A stretch of DNA of 64,000 nt from Basidiobolus meristosporus CBS 931.73 (taxonomy: Eukaryota > Fungi > Basidiobolomycota): the NCBI GenBank assembly GCA_002104905.1, contig MCFE01000094.1, positions 62,001 through 126,000 on the forward strand. The letters run 5' to 3'. Every line of letters begins with the position of its first letter. Position 1 is the stretch's first letter. Positions 24,435-36,801 of this stretch are shown one piece after another. The position numbers were made by a program, and so were the translations under genes. The notes beneath the pieces were generated by a model. It had not been told where the DNA came from. It ran no database searches and worked only from the letters and a program-made list of their open reading frames with translations.

Positions 24435-24993
24435 TCAAATTGAGGTACCCAGGATATGAAGAACTCTATGGCTATCTAACAAGCTCTAAGCTTTGCATAT
24501 GTGTTCTTAGGACTCTCCTAAGTATATTTTGTATTCTTTTACCTAGAACATACAGAAGTCTAAATGCAACTATTATACTCAGTAAACCATCAAGTGAGAA
24601 CCACATAGTTCATTAGACCACAATCACTTCCAATATTTCCAAAACTCTTAGAGCAGCTTTGTGCTAATGTTAGCATGGCATCAGTAGCAAAATCACAATG
24701 AGATATTTTGCTATTAGTTTTGTAATTACTCCTAGATACCCACTTAGCTGCATGCCGCATAGTCTAAGAATCTTGGAGAATTTTGGTCAAATTCCTTGTT
24801 GTGATTTACTTGGTATATTTACTTCAAGATTTCAGGCACCCAGAGCATAAGAAATGCCAAAACTGTCAGAACTGTCTTAATGGACTATGTCAAAGTATTA
24901 ATACTACTTCTACATGCAAGAAATTGTTATGGAAAACCACATGATCTGCTTGTACTCCCAATCACTTCCAATACTGCCAAAACTCTTGCAACA
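24435..24993 (+). repeat. Two degenerate copia LTR copies; the second (~24705-24993) is the 5' LTR of the host element
   Basis: Reverse-complement LTR end CAATCACTTCCAATA..AACTCTT occurs at ~24620-24655 and ~24960-24993. The second is followed by PBS-like GGCTATGAGCTCT (24994-25006). Confidence 0.65.
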
Positions 24994-26600
24994 GGCTATG
25001 AGCTCTAAGCCATCACTGTCTAGAGTAAATTCCACTGGCATAACTGACACTTTTCACCTTGCTGAAAAGTTGAATGGACCAAATATCAAGTCTGGAAGGT
25101 AAAGAAGCAGATATTGTTGTAAGAGTCTTGGAGGTATTGGAAGTGATTGGGAGAATAAGTAGATTAGGTGGTGTTTGCTAAATGATTTATTGAATGGAAA
25201 AGTGATATTCATACATTGGCACACTCTTGGCAAAATAGGGACATAGAGTATGCTTAGGAAGGTCCTAAGAACATGTGTACAAAGTTTGGGGCTGTTTGGA
25301 CAGCTTTGAGAATTCTCATGTTTTAGGTACCAGGTATTTTGGACAAAATATTCTTAGAGTATACTGACCAGATTCCTTGTTGGGACTTACTAAGATTTGT
25401 AGGTAGTAATATCAGTGACCAAGTTGGGGGAATATTTGGGTGGAATTACAAATTTTTACAACATGTTTTTGCCATAGGAAAGAAACCTCTAAGATACAAT
25501 TATAGGAGAAGCATAGCATCCTAAAGGTGTAAGAAAATAAGTTTCTAAAACACACAAGAACGAAAGAGTGTCTTTGACTGCATATGCTTTAATATTGGTG
25601 ATGGGCTATTAATTCAATGCTCAACTACAAGAATATCAGGGATCATTAGAAGGCAGCTATTAATCATGTTAGGCTGCTAGAAAAGAGTATCTTGGACAAA
25701 TGCTCTTTGCTATCATGACACTACCAGGAGTTGTAGTGAGAAGTCCAAACAGAATTGTCATGCTGATTGATAGGATAAACTCAGTAGGTGTACACATTGC
25801 TGATGAATACATGATAATTACACTCCAGAATAGTCTGACAGACAGGTTTTGGGGCCTTGTGTCAGCACTACAGTGCAGTACTGAACATTTGACATTAAGC
25901 TATGTTTATGGAAGACTCCTGCATGAGGAATTAGCAAAGCAAATCCCAATAAGCAATACAAAGAAAATGCTTCAATAAGTAGTGATAACCACCAAAGAAG
26001 GTACTCAAGACCCTTTAAAAATACTAGCATCCTATATTGCATCCACTGCAAATAGAACAGACACACTTCAGACTGGTCACTCAGATAGAAAGATAGTCAG
26101 CAGAAACTGCCTAAGAAGAAAAATGCTGCAACCACTCAGGATCAGTAATTTGTATATGCATGCAATATGACCACACAAAAGGACTCTCAGATGTGGTATA
26201 TCAATATTGAAGCATCTCAACACTTGACACAGCAAAAATAATATTTTACCCAATATCAAGAAATTCCAATCAAGTAGGTTCTCATTGATAACAACTGTAG
26301 AATTGAACCAATTGGGCAGGGAACTGTCCAAGTAAGTTTCAAATGCAATAAAGGAAGCCACACATTTACCATTAAAGAAGTAATTTATGTACCAGAAACA
26401 ACCAAGAGCCTATTATTTGTAAGCAAGGCCACTGCAGAAGGACTTAGTCACTGTTTTGACAATTCTGGATGTAGGATCACTGATCAATATGGTGGCCATA
26501 TTGCATTAGGTATCAGAGTTCAGATTCCCTAAAAGTTGATTTATATTCCATTATACCTGGAAGCCAATGTAAGTAGCTTATATGAAGAAGCACTAAGGCA
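24994..26600 (+). mobile_element. Old copia host element, part 1 (PBS, gag, protease), interrupted by a solo LTR
   Basis: MSSKPSLS..AEKLNGPNIK gag start; YGRLLHEEL (25700-25978); knuckle and protease remnants to ~26600. Confidence 0.8.
25115..25463 (-). repeat. Solo copia LTR (349 bp) inserted antisense in the host gag
   Basis: TGTTGTAA...TTACAACA termini; gag homology on both sides; no clear TSD (GATAT vs TGTTT). Confidence 0.92.
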
Positions 26601-26619
26601 ACACCAACCTGTGTTGCAA

Positions 26620-27614
26620 CTAACACTGCACTGGTAGAGTGATAGCATTTCCATGATGCTCACAATCCTTGGTAGAGGCTGACTTCTTCTGGGTCACAGG
26701 ACTGGTCACTTTTCTGGTTTTTGCTGGATCTTCAGTGGAGTTGCCTGAAGTCTGGCTAACAGCTGCAGTCATGGCAATTGCAACAGTGCATTTCTCTGAG
26801 ATCTTGTCATAAGTACATGCAGGGTTGCATGCTTTGACAATAGAAATGTTGCTCTGTAGCTGGTGTGAGAAGTTTGAAAGAGAATGAGTAGTAAGCAATG
26901 GATTATCATCACTAACTCCAGCTAATCTCATTTGTCTTAATCCATCACAGAAGTGTTGCACAGATTCACCTTTTTGCATTTTAGCTTTCCATTAGTCACA
27001 GTCCAAATGTACTTTTTTGAGGGGATCTTCAAAATGGCTGCAAAAGAGGTTTTGGGTAATTTCTCACACACTATTGGTTATGTTGATGTTGACTTCAACC
27101 CAGTCAGCATCTTGCATGGTGAGACAAAGAGGCAGAAGTCTAGCCTAACTGGTGTCAGGGTCCAAGTGCTGTGCAGCTAAGACATTACTAAACATATAAA
27201 GAAACTCAATATGATTCTTTATGGCATTGGCTCCTTGAGCATAAAAAGGCAAGGATCTTGGGACAACCACTGGGGCAGGTCTAGAGGGAGATGTAGATCT
27301 GGAGGATCTAATGGCATGACTTCTTGATGGCTGATGCAGAGCAAGGCTTGGTGGATTTTCAATGCTGGCAATTACTATGGCAACATTCTCCAGAGCTTCT
27401 TGATAATTCCAGTCTTATCTTGGTAACCAGATATATCTTCAAGGAGTTCATCTCCGCAATAATTGTCTGATCTTGTCTTGGCAAGCTTTGGGTGCTCAAG
27501 CTTCAAGGTGCTTCTTTTATGCATGATGTTTTCAAGCTGCTCAGTCAGTTCTTTCTGATTTCTTTGGGCTACTTCCAATGTGGAAAAATATGGATTGCTT
27601 GCTGCTGAGGACAT
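26620..27614 (-). mobile_element. Decayed gag of a second Ty3/gypsy-like family
   Basis: FLYMFSNVLAAQHLD..RLLPLCL..DWV..HFEDP..QKGESVQHF, plus a frameshifted CEHHG..HST..C knuckle. Confidence 0.65.
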
Positions 27615-28309
27615 CTTGTAAAGCAGTCAAATATAATGGAATTCAACAAAAAAATGTTGTATCCTAGAGAAAAGTGTAATAAAGATCTTGAATAGTCTAA
27701 CTGAACCAAAGTGACAACTAAGTGCAGAATCTGAGAATTGTCAGAGAGTGGTGGAAATATTAGCAGAAAGGTTCTGGCCTAGTATTGGTCTTGTATATAG
27801 ATGAATTTGGCTATGCAGGCTAGGCTTGAGGTTCATAGAAGTACTTAGATATGTTAGGCTTGGGTAGAATCTAGAACAGATTTGTTGAGTTTGTAATTTT
27901 GCTGAGACACAATCTTAATTTTGTTGATAAACATACTAAACCAAAAGGTTTGGTAAAGTGAATTTATACTTTTTGATCAAGTTGAATTGTAAGCACCAAG
28001 AGACTGGACTAATTGAAATATGTTGGAGTGTTGATAGGTACATAAGATAAATGAAAATTGCATTATCAATCAGCTTATGTCTTGGCAACTGCTAAGTTAT
28101 TGGATAGATCTCAGATGACTAATCACCTGGGAAGGCTTGGCAGATAAGTTAATAACATAATGGCCACATGAGAATTGATCAGGTGTGACAGCTAATGATA
28201 GATTCTGAGATGAGATAAAATAAACCATAATTGGGATTAGTTATGTTTGGGTTAGGGAAAATCAGTTAGGGTACTAGATTCTCTAGTGGAGCAAAATTGG
28301 CCAAGTTCT

Positions 28310-31141
28310 AAGTGTGATGCACAACAGGCACTCATCAGACTGGTGCATCAAAGAGAGAGATAGTCAGCAGAAAAAGCCTGAATATGGAAATACTGTCACA
28401 ACTGAAGATAAACTATTCATATATGCGCTAAATATGACCACAAACAAGGATTCTCAAATGTGGTATATTGACTCTGGAGCATCTCAACACTTTACACACC
28501 AAAAAGAACTTTGTATCCAATATCAAGAAACTCCAAAAAGAAGGTTTTCATTGTTATGATAGAACACTTGATGCAGTGGGAGAAGGAACTATCCCAGTAA
28601 GCCTTAGAAGCAGTGAAGGAAGCCATACACTGACCTTTAAACAAGTACTCTATGTACCAGAAATAACCAAAAACCTAGTATCTGTAAGCAAGGCCACAGC
28701 AGAAGGACTCAGTTTCAGCTTTACAATTCTGGATGCAGGATTACTGATCAAAATGTTGCCCATATTGCTTCAGATATCAGAGATCAGAATCTGTACAAGT
28801 TGACTTATATTCCATCATATCTGGAAGCTAATAGAAGTAACTCAAATAAAGCAATACCAATGCTTTGGCACAGGATATATGGACACATCAATTTTGATTA
28901 TTTATGCAAAATGATCAAACATCAACTAATTTCTGGAGTAGAAATTGATCTCCCAGCTAATTTGGAGCACTGTGAAGCCTGCATATATGGGAAGCAAGCC
29001 AGACAGCTGTTGAAGAGCTGATGGCTGATCAAAACTAAGAAAAATGAGATCTAATTCACTCAGATCTGTGTGGACCTATGCAAAATTTATCCTTAGGTGG
29101 GATGAAGCATTTAATCACTTTTATGAATGATTATACAAAATACACATGGGTCTAGTTCATTGAGAGAAAGGAAGAATCTTTGTCTAAGCTCAGGGAATAT
29201 AATGCCATGGTGGAGAGAGAAACTGATGAAAAAAACAAGAAAATATGCTCTGACAATGATGGAAAATGCACCTCAAAACTCTTCATCCATTTCTGCAAAA
29301 TTCATGGGACAAAGCAAGAGACTAATACACCATGCTCCTAACAGCAAGATGGAGTAATATAACATGCAAACAGATCAATAACTGATATAGCAAGATCTAT
29401 GATCCAGGATTAAATATTATCCTATGGATTTTGGGTATAATCAGTTGCCACAGCTGTATACCTTAAAAGTAGGGGCTATAATAGAATACTTTGTGATTCT
29501 ACCCCATTTGAGGCATAATATATACAATGACCATGTGCAGAGCATCTAAGAAAATATGGGTGTACAGCATATGCCAAGAAACCACATGGAAATCAGTCAA
29601 AATTTGAGCTCAAAAGTTTGAAGTGCATATTTTTGGGCTACTGCAATGAGAGTAAGGCATACAAGCTCTACAATACCAAACCAAAGAAGCTGATCAAGTC
29701 CAGGGATGTGTTGTTTGATGAAAATTTCAAAGTGTTTACAAAAAATGAAATCAGATCATGACATACCAGGTCCACCAATAGTCAGGTTTGAGTCAGAGTA
29801 AAACAATAAAATATTTTTTACTCTATAAGATCCTACAACTGTGGTTTGGCCTGAATCAGTGCCCAGGGATATTCCAGAAGTGATCACTCTAGTATCAAAT
29901 GCCAGGAGATCCAATTATACAAGAAATAGCCCAAATTGCTGTTGCAGATGGGTCTTTAGGACAAAATACAAGGCTGATGGGGCAAATGAAAGATGCAAAG
30001 CAAGACTTGTGGCCAAAGGACACTCTCAAATAAAAGGATGTGACAGAAATATGACTTTGGTACCAATAGCCAAGTTTAATTCCATTGGATGAATATTGGC
30101 TGTTTTGCACATCAGATGGATATAAAAACTGCATTTTTTAATGGAGAACCAGAAGAAGATGTGTATATGGACCAGCCTGATGAGTTTGCTGACCAAGATA
30201 ACACTGTTTGGTCTGCAAGCTTAAAAAACCTTTATATGGTCTCAAACAATCACCAAGAGCCTGGAACTGCAAGATAGAGTCTTCTTTAGAATCTTTGAGT
30301 TTCAAAAGGAGTTATGCTGACTATAGTATATACTATAAGCCAGATAGAGCAAATCCAGCTCTATTAGCTCTATTTGTGGATGATCTTATTATACCCACTG
30401 ATAACATGAAAACATTGAAAAGACACTAAACCTAGCCCATCTAATGAGCTTAAGATATCCAATCTAGGAGAACTCAATTACTACTTAAGAATAAAGTTCT
30501 CCATAGACAGATGTACCCTGACTGTCACCTTAAGCCAATCCAAATGTATTCAAGATATACTAAAGAAGTCCAAAATGAAAGACTATAAACTGGCAGCTAC
30601 CCTAATGGAGACAAACCTTGACTTGGTCAAAACTCAACCAAATCAAGAGAGCTTGGAGCCATCTGAAAGCCCTGACTTTTCTTATCAATGTAAGATTGGT
30701 AGTCTGATGGATAGCATGCTTGGAATGTGTCCATATATCACATATTTAGTGGAAGTTGTCAGCCAGCATAATCAGAACTATGGATCTGATCATATTACAG
30801 CAGTTAAGCAGATTTTTAGATACCTAAAAGACACTGCTGATACCTGCTTGAGATACACTTATAAGGACTCTGAGCAAAATCTTGTGGGATACTTGGATGC
30901 TTATTGAGGATAAAATTTGGAAGACTGAAGATCCACCACAGGATACACCTTTCTTTACTGTCAAGCAGCAATGAAATAATAATAATAATTGGGACCTCCT
31001 GTAACCTATTCTAAATGTTTTCAATGCCAATACTGTGTAAAGTATAAATACTACTTTTACATTTAATAAATCATCCAGTGAAAACCAAATAATCTATTTG
31101 TTCTCCCAATCACTTCCAATATCTCCAAGACTGTTATAACA
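28310..31141 (+). mobile_element. Copia fragment (knuckle to RT/RNase H start) ending in a partial LTR
   Basis: WYIDSGASQH, LWHRIYGH, CEACIYGKQ, CRWVFRTKYKADG..KARLVAKG, LKQSPRAW, LFVDDL. LTR end ..CAATCACTTCCAATATCTCCAAGACTGTTATAACA at 31141. Confidence 0.88.
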
Positions 31142-32132
31142 AGAAACTGGTAAGAAATTATGAAAAACTGCTCTGACAATTGTGGAAAATATAGCTTAAA
31201 AATCTTCATTCACATTTGCAAAATTTGTGGGATAAAGCATGAGCATACTCCATTATATACCCCACAGAGAAATCAGGTGTCAGAATGTGTAAACAAATGA
31301 AAATTAACATGGCAAGATCTATGATCTTGGCTCAAAAATTATGCCATGATTTTTTAGCAGAATTGGTTGCAATAGCTATTTAACTTGAAAATAGGAGTTA
31401 TAGCAGAGTATTATGCAATTTCACTCCATTTTAGCCATGGTATAGATACAGGCCAGGTGCAGAGCACTTAAGAATACTTGATTGCACAGCATATCCCAGG
31501 AAACTGCCTGGAAATCAGTCACAATTCAAGCCAAAAGTGACAAATATGTGTTTTGGGCTACAGCAATGTTAGTAAGGCATATAGAGTCAACAATACCAAG
31601 GCAAAGAGGCTGATCAAGTCATGGGATGTGCTGTTTGGCAAGATATCCAATTTTCACCATGAATGATACCAGATGATAGCAAAATTTTATTAATAACTAG
31701 GATTGAATCAGAGCTATACAATGAGGTTTTTTGCACTCCAGAGGAATCTAAAACCATGTATCAGCTTGAGTCAGCACCTAGCAGTACAGTAGAGGTGCTC
31801 ATTCTATTATTTCAAGGCAGAGGTTTCAGCCAGATTAGAAATGGCCCAAACTACTGTATCAATTAGAGTAAAAACTTAGCTTATACCTATTCAGTACATA
31901 CAAATAAGCCCCAGATACTATATAACTAGTAACTATGGGACCTAGTCAAATTACTAATCAACTAAAAATCAATTGGATACAGATGGGTCTTTATGACAAA
32001 ATATAAGGCTGATAGCATGGCCAAGAGATACAAAGCAAGACTTGTGGCCAAAGAGTACTATCAAATAAAAGGACTGCACTACACTGAGACCTTCACACTG
32101 GTAGCCAAGCTTAATTCCATCAGCCTAATAAT
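31142..32132 (+). mobile_element. Old copia host element, part 2 (integrase core to RT start)
   Basis: ETGKK..SDN..Y integrase remnant; RYKARLVAKEYYQIKGLHYTETFTLVAKLNSI runs up to the insertion at 32133. Confidence 0.8.
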
Positions 32133-32480
32133 TGTTGTAAGAGTCTTGGAGATATTGGAAATGATTGGGAGAACAAGTAGATTATGTGGCTTTCACTGGA
32201 TGATTTATTGATTGTAAACTAGTATTTATACTTTTACATGATCTTGGCATAACTAGCATGTAGAATAGGTTAAAGAAGGTCCCAAGAACATGTGTACAAA
32301 GTTTGGGGCTGCTTGGACAACTTTGAGAATTTTCATGTTCTGGGTACCTGGTGTTTTGGTGAGAATGTTCTAATTAAGTCCCAAAAAGGAATTTGGTCAG
32401 TATTCTCTAGGATTTGAAGGTAATGATCTAAGTGACTAAGTTAGGTGAATATTTAGGTGGAACTGCAAATTTTTAGAACA
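32133..32480 (-). repeat. 3' LTR of the full-length copia
   Basis: TGTTGTAA...TTAGAACA, adjacent to PPT (reverse complement of CTCTCACTC). Confidence 0.95.
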
Positions 32481-35400
32481 CTCTCACTCAGCTAAATGTT
32501 CATACTGAATAGTCCTAATTTTGACCTAAGATATTCAAACTTGTCTCTAGCTAATGGTTTGGTAAATATGTCTGCAATCATTTCATCTGAAGGACAGTAA
32601 ACTAAGCTGACTAAGTTATGCTCTATAGCTTCACGTATGAAATGATGTCCAATATCTATGTGCTTAGTACCAGTATGAAAAGTTGGATTTCTACCTAATT
32701 GTATATATACTTGATTATCTTGAAATAAAGTAATAGGTGTTTTTGACAAAGGCCTAAATCTATAAAAGCATTCTTAACTATATTGCTTCTTTTGTTTCTT
32801 CACAGGCTGCCATATATTCTGCCTTGGTGGTAGAAAGTGCTACAGTTGGTTGCTTTCCTGAATTTCATTATATTTCTCCTTTACAGTCAAGAAAGGTGTA
32901 TCCTGTGGTGGATCTGCTGGCTTCCAAATTTTATCCTCAATAAGCATCCAAGTATCCCACAAGATCCTGTTCAGAGTCCTTATAAGTGTATCTCAAGCAG
33001 ATATCAGCAGTGTCTTTTAGGTATCCAAAAATCTGCTTAACTGCTGTAATATGATCAGATCCATAGTTCTGATTATGCTGGCTGACAACTTCCACTAAAT
33101 ATGTGATATCTGAGCACATTCCAAGCATGCTATTCATCAGACTACCAGCCATACATCAATAAGAAAAGTCAGGGCTTTCAGATAGCACCAAGCTCTCTTG
33201 ATTTGGTTGAGTTTTTAACAAGTCAAGATTTGTCTTTATTGGGGTAGCTGCAGGTTAACAGTCTTCCATTTTGTACTTCTTTAGTATATCTTGAATATAC
33301 TTGGATTGGCTTAGGGTGATAGCTGGGGTACTTCTGTCTATGGAGAACTTTATTCCTAAGTTGTAACTGAGTTCTCCTAGATTGGACATCTTGAACTCCT
33401 TAGATAGGCTGGATTTAGTTTCTTCCAATGTTGCTAGGCTATTGGCCGCTATAATAAGATCATACACATATAGAGCTAATAGAACAGGATTTGCTCTATC
33501 TGGCTTATAGTATATACTATAGTCAGCATTACTTCTTTTGAAACTCATAGATTCCAAATAAGAATCTATCTTGCAATTCCAGGCTCTTGGTGATTGTTTG
33601 GGACCATATATAGACTTTTTAAGCATGCACACCAAATGTGAGTTATCTAGGTCAACAAACCCATCAGGCTGGTCCATATACACATCCTCATCAAGTTCTC
33701 CACTCAAAATGCAGCTTTTACATCCATTTAATGAACAAAAAACTTGTATTTGGCTGCAATAGCCAATATCAATCTGATGGAATTAAACTTGGCTACCAGT
33801 GCAAAGGTCTCAGTATACTCAAGTCCATTTGTTTGTGAGTATCCTTTGGCCATAAGTCTTGCTTTGTATCTTTCAACTGTACCATCAGCCTTTTATTTTG
33901 TCTTGAAGACCTATCTGCATCCAATTGATTTTTGGTTGATTGGTAATTTGACTAGGTTGCAAGTTTGATTTTCCATCAGGGCCTGATATTTCTCAGTCAT
34001 TACAGATCTCCAAAACTTTGTCTGAGGGCTATTTAGGGCCTCTTTTCCAGTCTGGGGCTCATCAATATAGACTGAATAGGTATAGGCTAAGTTTGTGCCC
34101 TCATTGATATACTAATTTGGGCTATTTCTTGTCCAGTTGGATCTCCTGGCATTTGATACTGGAATGATCACTTCTGGGATATTCCTGGGCACTGATGCTG
34201 GTTGAACCACAGTTGTAGAGTCCTCTGGAGTGAAAAAGTTCTCACTGTTTTGCTCTGATTCAATCCTGACTATTGGTGGACTTAAGATCAAATTTTTGAC
34301 ATCATCTGATGTGATTTTTTGTGAAAATTTTGAATTTTCATCAAGCAACACATCCCTGGACTTGATCAATATCTTTGCTTTAGTATTGTAGAGTCTGTAT
34401 GTCTTATTCTCATTGTAGTAGCCCAGAAATATGCATTGTACACTTTTTGGCTCATATTTTGACTGATTTCTGGGCAGTTTCCTTGCATAGGCTGTACACC
34501 CAAGTATTCTTAGATGCTCTGCACCTGATCTGTACCTATACCATGCTTAAAATGGAGTGAAATCACAAAGTATTCTGTTATAACTCCTATTTTTAAGGTA
34601 TATAGCAGTGGCAACTGATTCCACCCAATAATCACTAGATAATTTTTGATCATGGATCATAGATCTTGCCATATCAGTTATTGATCTGTTTACATGTTAT
34701 ATTACTCCATCTTGCTTTTAGGAGTATGGTGTAGTAGTCTCTTGCTTTGTCCCATGAATTTTGCAGAAATGGATGAAGAGTTTTGAGGTATATTCTCCAC
34801 CATTGTCAGATTATATTTTCTTGACTTTTTCACCTGTTTCTTTCTCCAACATGGCTTTAAACTCCTTGAGCTTAGACAGAGCTTCTTCCTTTCTCTTCAT
34901 GAAGTAGACCCATGTGCATCTTGTATAATCATAAATAAAAGTGATTAAATACTTTATCCCACCTAAGGATAAATTTTGCATAGGTCCACACAGATCTGAG
35001 TGAATTAGATCTAATTTTTTCTTGATTTTGATTAACCCAGAGCTCTTGAACAGTTGTCTGGCTTGTTTCCCATATATGCAGGCTTTGCAGTGCTCAAAAT
35101 CAGCTGGGGGATCAATTTTTACTCCAGAAATTAGCTGATCATTTTGCACAAATAATCAAAATTGATTTGTCCAAATCTGCTGTGCCAAAGCTTTGGTATT
35201 GCTTCATTTAAGTTACGTATATTTGCTTCCATATATGATGGAATATAAGTCAACTTGTATAGATTTTGATCTCTGATACCCAAAGGAATATGGGCACCAT
35301 TTTGATCAGTGATCCTGCATCCAGGATTGTCAAAGCTGAAACTGAGTCCTTCTGCTGTGGCCTTGCTTACAGATAATAGGTTCTTGGCTATTCTGGTACA

Positions 35401-36455
35401 TAGAATACTTCTTTAAAGGACAGTGTATGGCTTCCTTCACTGCTTCTAAGATTTACTTGGATAGTTCCTTCTCCCAATTCATTAAGTGATCTATTGTCAC
35501 CCATTAAAACCTTCTTGTTTGGAATTTCTTGATATTGGGTAAAAATTTCTTTTTGGTGTGTAAAGTGTTGAGATGCTCCAGGGTCAATATACCACATCTG
35601 AGAATCCTTGTTTTTGGTCACATTTATGCAGATATGAATAGTCTATCTTCAGTTGTTGCAGAATTTCCATATTCAGGCTTCTATTGCTGATTATCTCTCT
35701 TTTTGAGACACCATTGTGATGTATGTCCTTTCCTTTTGCAGTAGTTGCAAAACAGGTTGCTGTTGCCTTTCTAGGGTCTTGGGTACCTTCTTTGTTGGTT
35801 ATCACTGCTTATTAAAGCATTTTCTTCTTCCTTCTTATTGGTGCCTGATTTTCTTAATTCTTCATCCTGGAGCCTTCCATATATGCAATTCAAGGTCAAA
35901 TCTTTATCTCTGGACTCTAGGGCTGATACAAGGCCCTGAAGCTTGTGTGTCAGGCTATTCAGGATGATAACTATCACATCCTCAGCAGTAGTTGCTACAC
36001 TCACAGATTCCATTTCATCTATCAGCAGGGTAATTCTGTTAATTAGATTTTTCATTTCTTCTCTGGGCTGCATCTTGGTAGGAAAGAGTTTTTGTCTCAG
36101 ATACATTCTATTAGCAGCTGAACATGACTTGTAGGTGTCTTCTAATGCCTTCCAGGCATTCTTTGCTGTTTTTGCTCATGAGCATTGAATTAGCAATTTG
36201 TCTCTAAGATTAAGGCAAATGCAGTTAAAGGCACTTTGTTCTTTCTTCTGGTACTTTAAGGCTTCCTCTCCCACGTTTTTAGGAGGGCATTCTTCTCCCA
36301 TGACAATATCCCAAAGGCCTCTTTCTTGTAGCAGCATCTTCATCTTCACCTTCCACACTTGGTAGTTAGATCCATCCAACTTTTCAGCAGAGGGAAAAAT
36401 TCCAGTAATAGCAGTAGTGGACATTGCAGAGAGTGACAGCTTGGGGCTCATAACC

Positions 36456-36801
36456 TGTTGTAAGAGTCATGGAGATATTGGAAGTGATTGGGAGGACAAG
36501 TAGACTACGTGGCTTTCACTAGATGACTTATTGTATGTAACCTAGTATTTATACTTTTACATGGTCTTGGCATAACAAACATGTAGAATAGGTTAAGGAA
36601 GGTCCCAAGAGCATGTGTGCAAAGTTTGGGCTGCTTGGACAACTTTGAGAATTTCATGTTCTGGGTACCTGATGTTTTGGTGAAAATAGTCCAAGTAAAT
36701 CCCAACAAGGAATTTGGTCAGTATTCTCTAGGATTTGAAGGTAATGATCTAAATGACTAGGCTAGGTGAATATTTAGGTGGAATTGCGGATTTTTACAAC
36801 A
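36456..36801 (-). repeat. 5' LTR of the full-length copia
   Basis: TGTTGTAA...TTACAACA, adjacent to the PBS; about 90% identical to the 3' LTR by eye. Confidence 0.95.

Larger units (their letters stand above)
32133..36801 (-). mobile_element. Full-length Ty1/copia (4669 bp) with both LTRs, PBS, PPT and 5-bp TSD; decayed ORF
   Basis: LTRs 32133-32480 and 36456-36801; TSD ATAAT/ATACT; PBS GGTTATGAGCCCC 36443-36455. gag, protease, integrase, RT and RNase H (IDIGHHFIRE..MIADIFTKPL) are in copia order. The flanks rejoin as KLNSISLI|LTIAAKYELFIHQMDAK. Confidence 0.96.

Noticed and set aside
26596-26618. 7-bp hairpin GCAACAC-N6-GTGTTGC at a TE junction (Helitron-like end)
   Set aside because: No CTRR terminus at the expected spacing and no Helitron coding or 5' TC evidence.
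28245-28272. Two TTAGGG hexamers
   Set aside because: Not tandem; chance occurrence in TE sequence.
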